A stretch of DNA of 64,000 nt, from NCBI GenBank assembly GCA_965220955.1, contig CBDCRK010000032.1, positions 388,994-452,993 on the forward strand. The letters run 5' to 3'. The notes below the pieces were generated by a model, which had not been told where the DNA came from, did no database searches, and was given only the letters and a program-made list of their open reading frames with translations. Both the position numbers and the translations under genes were made by a program. Positions 27,951-36,960 of this stretch are shown in pieces. The number at the start of each line of letters is the position of its first letter. The first letter of the stretch is position 1. This DNA comes from an uncultured Candidatus Binatia bacterium. GTDB taxonomy: Bacteria > Desulfobacterota > Binatia > Bin18 > CBDCRK01.

Positions 27951-28084
27951 AGGAGGGTTTCCTTGCCTGACCGATAGTCAGGCTACTTCAGTCATTGTCT
28001 AGAAACAATAAGGTCGTCTGATCCGACGTCTGACGTCGGGCATGAGGAGCGCGAACAGAGTGAGCGTCCCTCTCTATGCCGTTG

Positions 28085-28429
28085 TTAGGAGTCTTGGTAT
28101 AAGCACGCATCTAAAATACCGAGGACCTCATTGAGAACAGCTTGCGGAGCCTTTTCCACAAACTTGACTTTTCGGCTGGCATACTCGATAGACTTGATCT
28201 GCTCAACCATAATGTAGCCGCTGAGGGACGACTGATCGGGGACTTTCACGTGAAAAGGTATATTCCTACCCGTATGGGTAATAGGGCATACCATGGCTAG
28301 GCCGGTGTGCTTGTTGAACAATGTGTTGCTCACGACCAAGGCCGGACGCCGCCCTTTTTGTTCATGGCCAGACTGCGGATCAAAGGTTAAGATGACAAAA
28401 TCCCCCTTTTTCGGGATATAGGATGGCAT
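28085..28429 (-). CDS. mazF: type II toxin, MazF/PemK family endoribonuclease
   Basis: GRRPALVVSN, MVCPIT. Confidence 0.8.
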   Translation of the reverse strand: MPSYIPKKGDFVILTFDPQSGHEQKGRRPALVVSNTLFNKHTGLAMVCPITHTGRNIPFHVKVPDQSSLSGYIMVEQIKSIEYASRKVKFVEKAPQAVLNEVLGILDACLYQDS

Positions 28430-28678
28430 TTACCATTCTTCCTTCCCGACCGGACCTCCCCACTCCACTTCTTCAACGTGATAGTCTTTGGGCATCCTTG
28501 AAACCAACTCCCTCAAGTCGTATCTACCACGAACTTTTTCGAATGGTTCGATGATAATTTTCCGGCCTTGCACGGACACCTGAACGGCATCACCAATCTT
28601 CAACTGGACATCTTCTAGAAGCGCCTTGGGGAACCGCAGGCCCTGGCTATTGCCCCATCTTTGCACCTTGGTCACCAT
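28430..28678 (-). CDS. mazE: antitoxin, MazE/AbrB (SpoVT-AbrB) family
   Basis: MVTKVQRWGNSQGLRFPKALLEDVQLKIGDAVQVSVQGRKIIIEP. Its stop abuts the mazF start. Confidence 0.7.
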   Translation of the reverse strand: MVTKVQRWGNSQGLRFPKALLEDVQLKIGDAVQVSVQGRKIIIEPFEKVRGRYDLRELVSRMPKDYHVEEVEWGGPVGKEEW

Positions 28679-28951
28679 ATCTGTCCCTCTCATGAAAACT
28701 TGACGTATAGCCGAAGTATATCCCACGAAAAGGCAGAACGCAACCAAGTTTCGAGGGCAGTCTCTACAGTTTAACGACCAACCCTATTTGCGCGTATCAA
28801 CAACTCGTTTGGCTTCACAATCTGGAAACGCAGCATTGATAGCCTCCACGGGGTCATAGCCACATGCTTTCATTGACATGCGAGTCAGCCTTGGACAGGT
28901 TTGGCCATCTGAGTAATGCGCTCATCCTTACAGGATCATCCAGACCCTATC

Positions 28952-30070
28952 TCATATGCCGTAGAAATTTCTTGCATTGGTACTAAGGATCTTGTCAACG
29001 GACGTAGCCGGTAGAGCCGAGAGCAACTCCCGCGCCTTTTGCATTGAGTGTACAAATCCCTCCGCGTGCGGATAGTCGGAGCCGGTGAAAAACCGGTCAT
29101 CCCCAGCAAACTGCACCATCAGCGGAAACATCTTCTCTTCCGGATCCCCATTGATCCAGATGTTGCGGGCGAAGTACTCGCTTGCCGACCGCTTCATCTG
29201 TGAAGTGTGCCCCATATACTTGTAGCGGTAATCGAGCCGCTCCAGCCACTCGCCTACCCAACCTACCCTTGCCTCAATGGTCGCCATCCGCAGCCGGGGA
29301 AAACGTTCAAAGACCCCATCGTACACTATAGTGGTCAATGCCTGACGCGGATCCTGAATGACATTCATGGAGATGTACATAAATCTAGGGTCCCGGTCCT
29401 GATACCATTGACTGCCGGTGTAGTGGGGATGCACAACTAGGTGAAGGCCAATGCTGAGGTCGAGGTCCTGGGCCGCAGCCCATACCGGATCAAAGTCTGA
29501 GTGCCCAAGACTCTTACCATCAATGGGAGCTGCCGCTACAAACATTGTCCGACACCCTAGCTTGGCCACCCGCTCCATCTCACGCACCGCCATCTGCGGG
29601 TCACGTAGCGAGATATGGGCTGCAGGGAAAAGCCGGTCCTTGTGAGTAGCACAAAGCTCAAACGCCCAGGTGTTGTACGCCCGACAAAGAGCATCGGCCA
29701 GGTAAGGATCCTCAACATCTCCTTCCCATAGCAGGCCCAGGGTTGGATAGATTACCTGGCAATCTATCCCCTCTTCGTCAAGAAAATGCACCCGCTTGTC
29801 CATATCCTGCCACTCAGAGCTAAAGGCTAGGTAACGGTCGAAGCTGCCGATGTCGCGGCCAGCCTCTTTTTGGCCATAGCCAACCGCTATGCCCAGCACC
29901 TCCTCAACATCAAGAATCTGCATTAATTTCCCATCGACAAGCATCCTGCGGATGCCGCTGGCAGGGTCTGTCTCCACACGCATGACCCGCTCCCGGTAGG
30001 CCGACTCAGTATAGCGCTCGAATAAATCCAAGGGCTCCATGAAGTGGCTGTCACCATCAATGATTTTCAT
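28952..30070 (-). CDS. amidohydrolase-2 family hydrolase (copy B)
   Basis: MKIIDGDSHFMEP. Full-length paralog of the truncated gene at 1..772. Confidence 0.85.
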   Translation of the reverse strand: MKIIDGDSHFMEPLDLFERYTESAYRERVMRVETDPASGIRRMLVDGKLMQILDVEEVLGIAVGYGQKEAGRDIGSFDRYLAFSSEWQDMDKRVHFLDEEGIDCQVIYPTLGLLWEGDVEDPYLADALCRAYNTWAFELCATHKDRLFPAAHISLRDPQMAVREMERVAKLGCRTMFVAAAPIDGKSLGHSDFDPVWAAAQDLDLSIGLHLVVHPHYTGSQWYQDRDPRFMYISMNVIQDPRQALTTIVYDGVFERFPRLRMATIEARVGWVGEWLERLDYRYKYMGHTSQMKRSASEYFARNIWINGDPEEKMFPLMVQFAGDDRFFTGSDYPHAEGFVHSMQKARELLSALPATSVDKILSTNARNFYGI

Positions 30071-30118
30071 AAAAGTCCTCCTTTTTCTTCTTCCCGTATT
30101 TGAGTCAAAAGTGCCCTA

Positions 30119-30450
30119 CCTAAAGTGTGGCATGATTTTCTCGGCATAGGCTCGTAATTGCCGGTCCAGTTCTTCCCTATCATGGCCAAAAAGATAGGCA
30201 CAAAACCTGTTTACTCCCACTCTTTCTAATTCACGCAGCTTTTCCACGCAAGCCGCAACACTACCTAAAATACAAAGAAGTTTTTATCCGCAGTGTAAGC
30301 GACTCCAAACTCCATGATGGGATAGCCTCCTTATGGTGATTGTGACTCAAACCCTATGAACACCACCTCAAGGTTCCCTGAGCCAATGACCTGCTGGCCT
30401 TTTTGCAACATAATGTTATCCTCTGTACACCCTAGCCCCAGAAGCACCCC
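30119..30450 (-). pseudogene. decayed LLM-class oxidoreductase C-terminal relic
   Basis: Minus-strand frames give GSVAACVEKLRELERVGVNRFCAYLFGHDREELDRQLRAYAEKIMPHFR* (LLM C-terminal pattern) and, in another frame upstream, GVLLGLGCTEDN... Confidence 0.4.
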
Positions 30451-30537
30451 CTGGGTGTTGTGATTGTACCACCGACCAAAAATAGCTACATTACGCTAGC
30501 GGCTCGATCTACTATCTACATAGGAAGGATGAAAGAA

Positions 30538-31536
30538 ATGACGGACTACTATCGTATCTATGGCGCAGAGATGTCACCTTACTCAGTGAAGGTTCGTTCA
30601 TATTTCCGGTACAAGGGGATCTCTCACAAGTGGATTATTCGTAACGCTGCAGCCCAGGCTGAATACGAGAAATATGCTAAGATCCCCATCATTCCGCTTG
30701 TTGTGACCCCCGAAGATAAGGGTATGCAAGACTCCACGCCCATTATCGATCACCTTGAAGCTCTGTACCCTGAGCCCTCGATCCATCCATCAGATCCGGT
30801 CACTGCTTTCATTTCTGCACTTCTCGAAGAGTTCGGCGACGAGTGGGGCAACAAGTGGATGTTCCATTATCGCTGGGCACGCGAGGTAGATCAACTTAGC
30901 TCCGCTGGGCGCATTGCGCGTACAATGATGCCCATGGCGGACGAACAGCAGCACGCTGGAATGGTCACTCAGGTGCGGGAACGGATGGTGAATCGCGTGT
31001 GGTTCGTGGGCTCGAACGAACAGACCGCACCTCAGATCGAGGAGTCCTTCTGTGAGGCACTGGGGCAGCTTGAAGCCCACCTGGTCGATCGCTCTTACCT
31101 TTTCGGTGCCCGTCCTGCGTTTGGCGACTTTGGTGTGTGGGGCCAAGTATATAATGCCTGGACCGACCCCACGACCTGCGCACTTGTTGAGGGGCGCGCT
31201 CCGCATGTGCTTGCGTGGGTGCAGCGGATGCTGTGGCCGCGCGCAGAGGGTGATTTCGAGCCCTGGTTCCACCTCGAGCCAACGCTCCTGCCACTCCTCG
31301 AGCGCCAAGTTGGGTCTCGTTTCATGCCCTGGACCCGGGCCAACGCCGAGGCCATTGCCGGCGGCCACGAGGAGTTCAGTGTTGAGCTGGACGGCCATAC
31401 CTGGACTCAGAAACCGCAGAAGTACCATGCGAAATCATTGCAGGCGCTGCGGGAGAAATACGCCGCCGTAGCCGACAAGGGCGTGCTCAACCCTATTCTT
31501 GAACGCGTGGGTTGTCTCGCGGGCTTGCGCGGCTGA
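30538..31536 (+). CDS. glutathione S-transferase family protein
   Basis: N-terminal thioredoxin-like YGAEMSPYSVKVR. GGAAGG RBS. Confidence 0.7.
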   Translation: MTDYYRIYGAEMSPYSVKVRSYFRYKGISHKWIIRNAAAQAEYEKYAKIPIIPLVVTPEDKGMQDSTPIIDHLEALYPEPSIHPSDPVTAFISALLEEFGDEWGNKWMFHYRWAREVDQLSSAGRIARTMMPMADEQQHAGMVTQVRERMVNRVWFVGSNEQTAPQIEESFCEALGQLEAHLVDRSYLFGARPAFGDFGVWGQVYNAWTDPTTCALVEGRAPHVLAWVQRMLWPRAEGDFEPWFHLEPTLLPLLERQVGSRFMPWTRANAEAIAGGHEEFSVELDGHTWTQKPQKYHAKSLQALREKYAAVADKGVLNPILERVGCLAGLRG

Positions 31537-31640
31537 TACTCCGCTAGATCCTTTTGGGGGCACAAGCAGTTCGATATGGGAAATTCCGCTGAGGTATCCA
31601 AAGCATGGCATTGGATGATCTGCCAGAATGGAGGCCAGGT

Positions 31641-33869
31641 ATGAAAATCGTGGGCTATAGTGATCGCTTAAGCATAGCAGCGGGAGAGAAAATCCGCTTT
31701 ATGGTCAGCTGTGAGCTGTCAACCTATCGCGCAGACATTGTGCGTCTTATCCATGGCGATACCAACCCCAGAGGACCTGGGTTTAAAGAGGAACTAATAG
31801 AAACACCAGCCAACGGCGAGTATCCAGGTCGCAAGCAAGTTATCTATAGTGGATCCTATGTAACCGTGTCGGACAGCCCCTTGCTGCGATCTCAAAGCTT
31901 CACTTTGCAAGCCTGGATCTACCCCACCACACCGCAAAAGAGGGTCCAGGGAATCTTAAACAAATGGTCGGCCTCCGAGGGTGTAGGTTATGGTCTTTTT
32001 ATTGACCAAGGTGGGGAACTGGCTTTGTGGCTTGGCAGCCGAGATGGCCAGGTCGAACGCATCCGTAGTGGAAAAGCTCTGCGGGCTGGTGAGTGGTACT
32101 TTGTTGCCGCTACCTACGACGGGCAGAGCAGGAAGGTTAGCCTTTACCAGGAACCTGTTAGGGCGTGGCCTATAGACGATTCGAGAGTGGTGGCTGAACA
32201 AGCGACTCAGACCCGGGCCGTGGGGGAAAGCGAGGCGGCCTTGTTGATGGCCGGTTATTGGGAGCAAGCAGACTCAGGGAAAATGATTGTCAGGGGACAC
32301 TTTAATGGCAAGATCGATAGTCCTCGACTTTTTGGCCGGGCACTGAAGGCAAACGAGATTGAGGCGCTTAAGCAGGACGCATCTCCCCAAGACCTGGGTG
32401 AGGCGGTAATGGCTGCCTGGGATTTTTCTCTAGACATCCCTTCAAGAAAAGTTACGGATACGTCCTCCCATGCCCTGCACGGTCAGACAGTCAACATGCC
32501 GGCACGGGCTATGACGGGTCACAACTGGAGCGGCAAGGAGATGAACTTTGCTCGTGCCCCCCAAGAATATGGGGCCATTCACTTCCATGATGATGATCTT
32601 GATGACGCGGGGTGGGAGGTCGATTTTGAGCTGACCGTTCCTGAACAGTTAAAAAGTGGGGTATATGCCGCGCGTCTGAGGGCCGGTGAGAGTGAAGACT
32701 ACCTTCCATTTTTTGTCAGACCCCCAAAAGGAACCTCCTCCGCCCGGGTTGCCTTCCTGGCACCTACCAACAGCTACCTGGCCTATGCCAATGAACACAT
32801 TGGGGAGATTTCTCTTGCACTGGCTCCAAACCAGAGAATGAATCTGCATCAGGAAGAATATCAATATATTATCGATAATGGCCTCTTGAGCTTATACGAT
32901 CACCATAGTGACGGCAGTGGCGTTTGCTACTCGTCACGCCTACGGCCAATCTTGAACCTGCGACCGAAGTGTTACATGAGGACCCTCAACTGCCCACATC
33001 AGTTTGCTGCCGATCTACATCTAATAGACTGGCTGAAGGCTAGGGGTCACACGTGTGACGTTGTCACCGATGAAGACCTCCATTTTGAGGGAGCAGACCT
33101 CCTGGCCCATTATAATGTGATCCTCACTGGCACCCACCCGGAGTACTGGTCTGGACCCATGCTAGAGGCCATGGAAACTTACCTGAACAATGGCGGTCGG
33201 CTTATGTATCTCGGAGGCAATGGCTTTTATTGGATCACTTCATTTGACCCTGAACGCCCGCAGGTGGTTGAGGTCCGACGCTGGGGGGGTACTGAAACCT
33301 GGGAAGCCGCGCCCGGTGAGTACTACCATAGCACTACCGGGGAGCCCGGCGGGATATGGCGTTTTCGTGGTAAAGCTCCCCAGAGGCTAGTCGGTGTTGG
33401 CTTTACCTCTCAAGGATTTGATCGGAACTCACCCTACTATTGTCAGGCCGCAAGCTCTGATCCCCGAGCAGCTTTCATTTTTGCCGGTATTGACCAGAAT
33501 GAGCCTATTGGTGACTTTGAGTCGCTGGTCTTAAATCAGGGTGCCGCTGGGTTTGAAATAGATCGTGCCGACCCAGCCTTAGGTACACCTGCACATGCCC
33601 TAGTACTGGCAACCGCGTCAGGCTATTCGGATTCCTATCAATATGTGTTGGAAGAAGTGTTGATGAGTGACTCCAAACAGGGAGGAAGTGTCAATTCTCT
33701 GGTGAAAGCCGATATGGTTTACTTTGAATGCCCAAACGGAGGAGCGGTGTTCTCAGTGGGCTCGATTGCCTGGTGTGGATCTCTCTCTTACAACCAATAC
33801 AACAACAATGTTTCGGACATTACCGATAATGTGCTAAGAAGATTTACCTCGGACGATCCTTTACCCTGA
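31641..33869 (+). CDS. N,N-dimethylformamidase large-subunit (DmfA2)-like protein with an N-terminal LamG/concanavalin-like region, paralog 1
   Basis: MKIVGYSDRLSIAAGEKIRF, VRLIHGD, QEYGAIHFHDDDLDDAGWEVDFELTVPEQLKSGVYA, YLGGNGFYW, WCGSLSYNQYNNNVS. GGAGG RBS before 31641. Confidence 0.75.
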   Translation: MKIVGYSDRLSIAAGEKIRFMVSCELSTYRADIVRLIHGDTNPRGPGFKEELIETPANGEYPGRKQVIYSGSYVTVSDSPLLRSQSFTLQAWIYPTTPQKRVQGILNKWSASEGVGYGLFIDQGGELALWLGSRDGQVERIRSGKALRAGEWYFVAATYDGQSRKVSLYQEPVRAWPIDDSRVVAEQATQTRAVGESEAALLMAGYWEQADSGKMIVRGHFNGKIDSPRLFGRALKANEIEALKQDASPQDLGEAVMAAWDFSLDIPSRKVTDTSSHALHGQTVNMPARAMTGHNWSGKEMNFARAPQEYGAIHFHDDDLDDAGWEVDFELTVPEQLKSGVYAARLRAGESEDYLPFFVRPPKGTSSARVAFLAPTNSYLAYANEHIGEISLALAPNQRMNLHQEEYQYIIDNGLLSLYDHHSDGSGVCYSSRLRPILNLRPKCYMRTLNCPHQFAADLHLIDWLKARGHTCDVVTDEDLHFEGADLLAHYNVILTGTHPEYWSGPMLEAMETYLNNGGRLMYLGGNGFYWITSFDPERPQVVEVRRWGGTETWEAAPGEYYHSTTGEPGGIWRFRGKAPQRLVGVGFTSQGFDRNSPYYCQAASSDPRAAFIFAGIDQNEPIGDFESLVLNQGAAGFEIDRADPALGTPAHALVLATASGYSDSYQYVLEEVLMSDSKQGGSVNSLVKADMVYFECPNGGAVFSVGSIAWCGSLSYNQYNNNVSDITDNVLRRFTSDDPLP

Positions 33870-33882
33870 AGAGGAGCACGAT

Positions 33883-34566
33883 ATGGACTTAACTACTGTG
33901 GACCATTTACTCACTACCACCCGTTCGGTTAAAAAGCGCCTGGACTTCACCCGGCCCATAGAAGCCGAAGTGATCCAGAGGTGCATTGAGATTGCGCTGC
34001 AGTCGCCAACGGGTGTGAATTCCCAAGGCTGGTATTTCATTGTTGTCACCGAGCCGGAAAAACGCCTGGCTCTAGCAGAGGTCTACCGTAAGGCCATGAG
34101 AGATTATCGTAAGCTGCAAGACCAGCAGGCCCCCCAGTATTCTCCAGGCGGTCCGCGATTGGCACAGTGGCAAGGCATGCTCGAGTCCAGTGATTATCTC
34201 AACGAACATTTACATGAAGCCCCGGTACACATTATCCCCTGCATTAATACCCGGGTAAAAGAATATCCCCTGCTTTTTCAGTCACCCACTCCTAGTTCTT
34301 TCTACAATGCCTCGCTCTATGGCTCTATTCTGCCTGCCACCTGGTCAATTATGTTAGCTTTGCGCGCTCGTGGCTTGGGGTCTACCTGGACCACGGTGCA
34401 CCTTGTATATGAGAAAGAAGCTGCCGATATCCTGGGAATTCCCGATAATATTCTGCAGGCAGCTCTACTACCCGTTGCCTACTTTAAGGGCAGCGATTTC
34501 AAGCCTGCCAAGCGTGTCCCTGCACAAGAGTTAACCTACTGGAACGCCTGGGGACAGCACAGATAG
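33883..34566 (+). CDS. nitroreductase family protein
   Basis: TTRSVKKRLDFTRPIEAEVIQRCIEIALQSPTGVNSQGWYFIVV. Confidence 0.8.
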   Translation: MDLTTVDHLLTTTRSVKKRLDFTRPIEAEVIQRCIEIALQSPTGVNSQGWYFIVVTEPEKRLALAEVYRKAMRDYRKLQDQQAPQYSPGGPRLAQWQGMLESSDYLNEHLHEAPVHIIPCINTRVKEYPLLFQSPTPSSFYNASLYGSILPATWSIMLALRARGLGSTWTTVHLVYEKEAADILGIPDNILQAALLPVAYFKGSDFKPAKRVPAQELTYWNAWGQHR

Positions 34567-34621
34567 AGTGGTACCAGGTAGCGTAAGTTTGTAACTAGAT
34601 ATGGCAAGAGTGGCCCCCTCT

Positions 34622-34709
34622 GCTGTCATTCCTGCGAAAGCAGGAATCTATCTTCGGAGCGGCCTCCCGCCGGTCCAGCCCTGGATTCCCGCGTGCGCGG
34701 GAATGACAG
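34622..34709. repeat. compound REP-like element: outer arms CTGTCATTCC/GGAATGACAG enclose the palindromes ATTCCTGCGAAAGCAGGAAT and ATTCCCGCGTGCGCGGGAAT
   Basis: Direct reading. Lies between convergent genes. The spurious ORF 34595..34834 (-) is its translation. Confidence 0.65.
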
Positions 34710-34754
34710 AAAGCAGGGGACCGACAATTGGACATAGACGCAAAAGCAGTATTC

Positions 34755-35342
34755 TTAGATTTTTCCTGAGATGATGGGGATGTCCGGCAAGTTTTCCCAT
34801 AGGGCATCATAGGTCCGGTGAGTATGCAAGGCATGGATGACTATAGGCAAAGGGTCTGGCCATATCTCAGGTAAATCCGCTTCACCTTCATAACCAATAG
34901 CATAGGCCAGCTGTTCTACCGGCGGGGTAAACCGGGCATTAACTCCCGCTTTATTGCCTCGTGGATCAAGGCGATACCAGCCTATTCCGGGAAGATAAAC
35001 GGCATTGAGACCATGCAAGCAGTAGGGCGCGCCATTGTCGTCCCGGCTTAGTCGCTGATAACATAGAGCAGCCGGGATAGAGTTGGCCCGTAACAGCGCG
35101 GCGAGCAAGTGGCTTTTAGCATAGCAATAACCCGTTCCTGCTTCCAATACTTTAGAAGCCCTACAGGTCACAGGGTTAAGTTTATAATCATAGCTATGCC
35201 GGATGGTATCTCGAACCCACTCAAAACAGCGCCTGGCAATCTCTAGGGGATGAGTTGAGCCTGCAGCCAGGTCTCGTGCTAGAGTGAAGACCCTGGACTG
35301 CTCCCAGTCTATAATCTCGGTGGACTTAAGGTATTCTTCCAT
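34755..35342 (-). CDS. transglutaminase-like cysteine protease superfamily protein
   Basis: GTGYCYAKSHLLAALLR (Cys), LHGLNAVYL (His), WYRLDP (Asp). Confidence 0.7.
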   Translation of the reverse strand: MEEYLKSTEIIDWEQSRVFTLARDLAAGSTHPLEIARRCFEWVRDTIRHSYDYKLNPVTCRASKVLEAGTGYCYAKSHLLAALLRANSIPAALCYQRLSRDDNGAPYCLHGLNAVYLPGIGWYRLDPRGNKAGVNARFTPPVEQLAYAIGYEGEADLPEIWPDPLPIVIHALHTHRTYDALWENLPDIPIISGKI

Positions 35343-35382
35343 TTTGCTTTACCTTCCTGCTCACATTACAAGCCAGTCTATG

Positions 35383-35754
35383 TTAGTCGCTGGTACTTTC
35401 GCCACCTTTGGGTCCCCAGAAAACGGCCCAAAGCAGCAGGTCCCCAGTAAAATCCTCAAACCGGTGGACTGCGCGGGCAGGAACGAACAGCATATCACCG
35501 GTGTTAAAGGGATGGCGCTCGTCTTCTACAACTAATGTGCCATGGCCTTGCATGGCAACGTACAGTTCGTCCTGATCATGGGGCTGCTGATCATCGGGGT
35601 TTGGCGGGCGATAGACAAGGGTGAACATGGAGCCATGGGACAGACCCAAACCAAAGGGCCGAGGACCATGAGTGCCGATTTTGGTAATGGTCTCGGCAAA
35701 TCCAGAAACCAGGCCTTTGGTTTGGCCGTCAGTGGGTACTTTAGAGTTCTTCAT
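35383..35754 (-). CDS. cupin domain protein
   Basis: HDQDELYVAMQGHGTLVVEDE...GDMLFVPARAVHRF. Confidence 0.6.
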   Translation of the reverse strand: MKNSKVPTDGQTKGLVSGFAETITKIGTHGPRPFGLGLSHGSMFTLVYRPPNPDDQQPHDQDELYVAMQGHGTLVVEDERHPFNTGDMLFVPARAVHRFEDFTGDLLLWAVFWGPKGGESTSD

Positions 35755-35792
35755 AGCAATATTCCCCATCAAGGTTCGTATTGGAGCGAAAG

Positions 35793-36476
35793 TTAATCCT
35801 TTACCGACTCTTGCTTGGCAGCATACGGTCGCCGGTAGTCAAGGATATAGGCTGGAGGAGTAATCTTCGGATCAAGGCGAGGGTCAGGAACCACCGCCTG
35901 TGGTGTTAACCGTAGGGGAAGCTCGCCAGCCCAGCACCCCAGCTGATAGTCCGCTTTATCATCTATTGGTGGGCCAGTGCGAACCTTGGCCGAAACCTCC
36001 TCAAGCGGAAGGCGTAAAACTGTTGTGGCTTTCAGTTCCTGCTCATTAGGCCACCGGACATCTTCCCAGCGGTTGGGTACCACATGTTCTACAATCGCCT
36101 TGAGTGCAACCAGCTGCTCGGCCCGGTCTGTTACCTCGACCGCTGTGCCCAGGACTACCACTGAGCGGTAATTCATTGAGTGATGGAAGGCGGAGCGGGC
36201 GAGCACCAGACCATCCAGGAGGGTTACCGTAACACAGACTGGAATACCCTCACACAGAGAGCGTAGCATACGACTTGCGGCTGAGCCATGGAGATAGAGT
36301 CGGTCGCCGACCCGTGCATGGATAGTGGGAATTACATAGGGCTGATCGTCGACCGTGAAACCAACATGGCAAAAAAGCCCTTCATCAAGAATGGCCTCGA
36401 TCACAGCGCGATCGTAGGAGGCTCGATTGGGGTACCGTCCAGGCGTTGTACGTTCGGTGGGGTGAAAATGTTGCAT
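35793..36476 (-). CDS. pyridoxamine-5'-phosphate-oxidase-like FMN-binding family protein
   Basis: FCHVGFTVDDQPYVIPTIHARVGDRLYLHGSAASRM. Confidence 0.65.
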   Translation of the reverse strand: MQHFHPTERTTPGRYPNRASYDRAVIEAILDEGLFCHVGFTVDDQPYVIPTIHARVGDRLYLHGSAASRMLRSLCEGIPVCVTVTLLDGLVLARSAFHHSMNYRSVVVLGTAVEVTDRAEQLVALKAIVEHVVPNRWEDVRWPNEQELKATTVLRLPLEEVSAKVRTGPPIDDKADYQLGCWAGELPLRLTPQAVVPDPRLDPKITPPAYILDYRRPYAAKQESVKD

Positions 36477-36549
36477 TGATTTGCCTCCTTTATTTTTGTT
36501 GGGGTACGTGGACATACCCATATGTAAGTCTAGCCTGAGTTTTCCTGCT

Positions 36550-36810
36550 CTATTGATCTGAAGACAAACGGAAAATCAGCCTTATGACTTCCTGCTCAAT
36601 TGTAGCCAAGGCCTCAGTGGGAGAGGCCATACCCAGATCATGTACATGGCAGTATTCAATTCTGTCTGGCCATCGAGGGAAACGCTTTTCGAGCAGAAAC
36701 CGGTGTTCCGCTTCCTTGTGGGCAAAGATCATGTTAGCTGCCTGTAGATCCTGTTCTTGTAGCTGTATGAGGAATAACAGTCTCAATGGGCTTGCTTGTT
36801 TGGTGAACAT
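36550..36810 (-). CDS. hypothetical protein (86 aa)
   Basis: ORF only. Confidence 0.3.
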   Translation of the reverse strand: MFTKQASPLRLLFLIQLQEQDLQAANMIFAHKEAEHRFLLEKRFPRWPDRIEYCHVHDLGMASPTEALATIEQEVIRLIFRLSSDQ

Positions 36811-36960
36811 AACGTTCCTAGGGGACCCCTTACTATGCTTTATTCCTTGATTAATATCAATAAGTTAGCCATTTCACCCACGCTCTACTAGCCCCTTGCA
36901 CCGAGGGTGCCATTCATGTAGGTGTTTAGGTGCCATCGAGAGCAGAAAGGAGAGATCTGT

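Noticed and set aside
31605-31640. The upstream ATG at 31605 as the DmfA2-like start (MALDDLPEWRPG)
   Set aside because: A GGAGG RBS is correctly spaced for the ATG at 31641 (MKIVGY…). That also matches the start of paralog 2 (MDIVGY…). I kept 31641 as the start, but the longer form cannot be excluded.
34595-34834. 79-aa ORF (…PAFCHSRARGNPGLDRREAAPK…)
   Set aside because: It is the translation of the compound REP-like palindrome. This is a classic spurious protein from repeat DNA.
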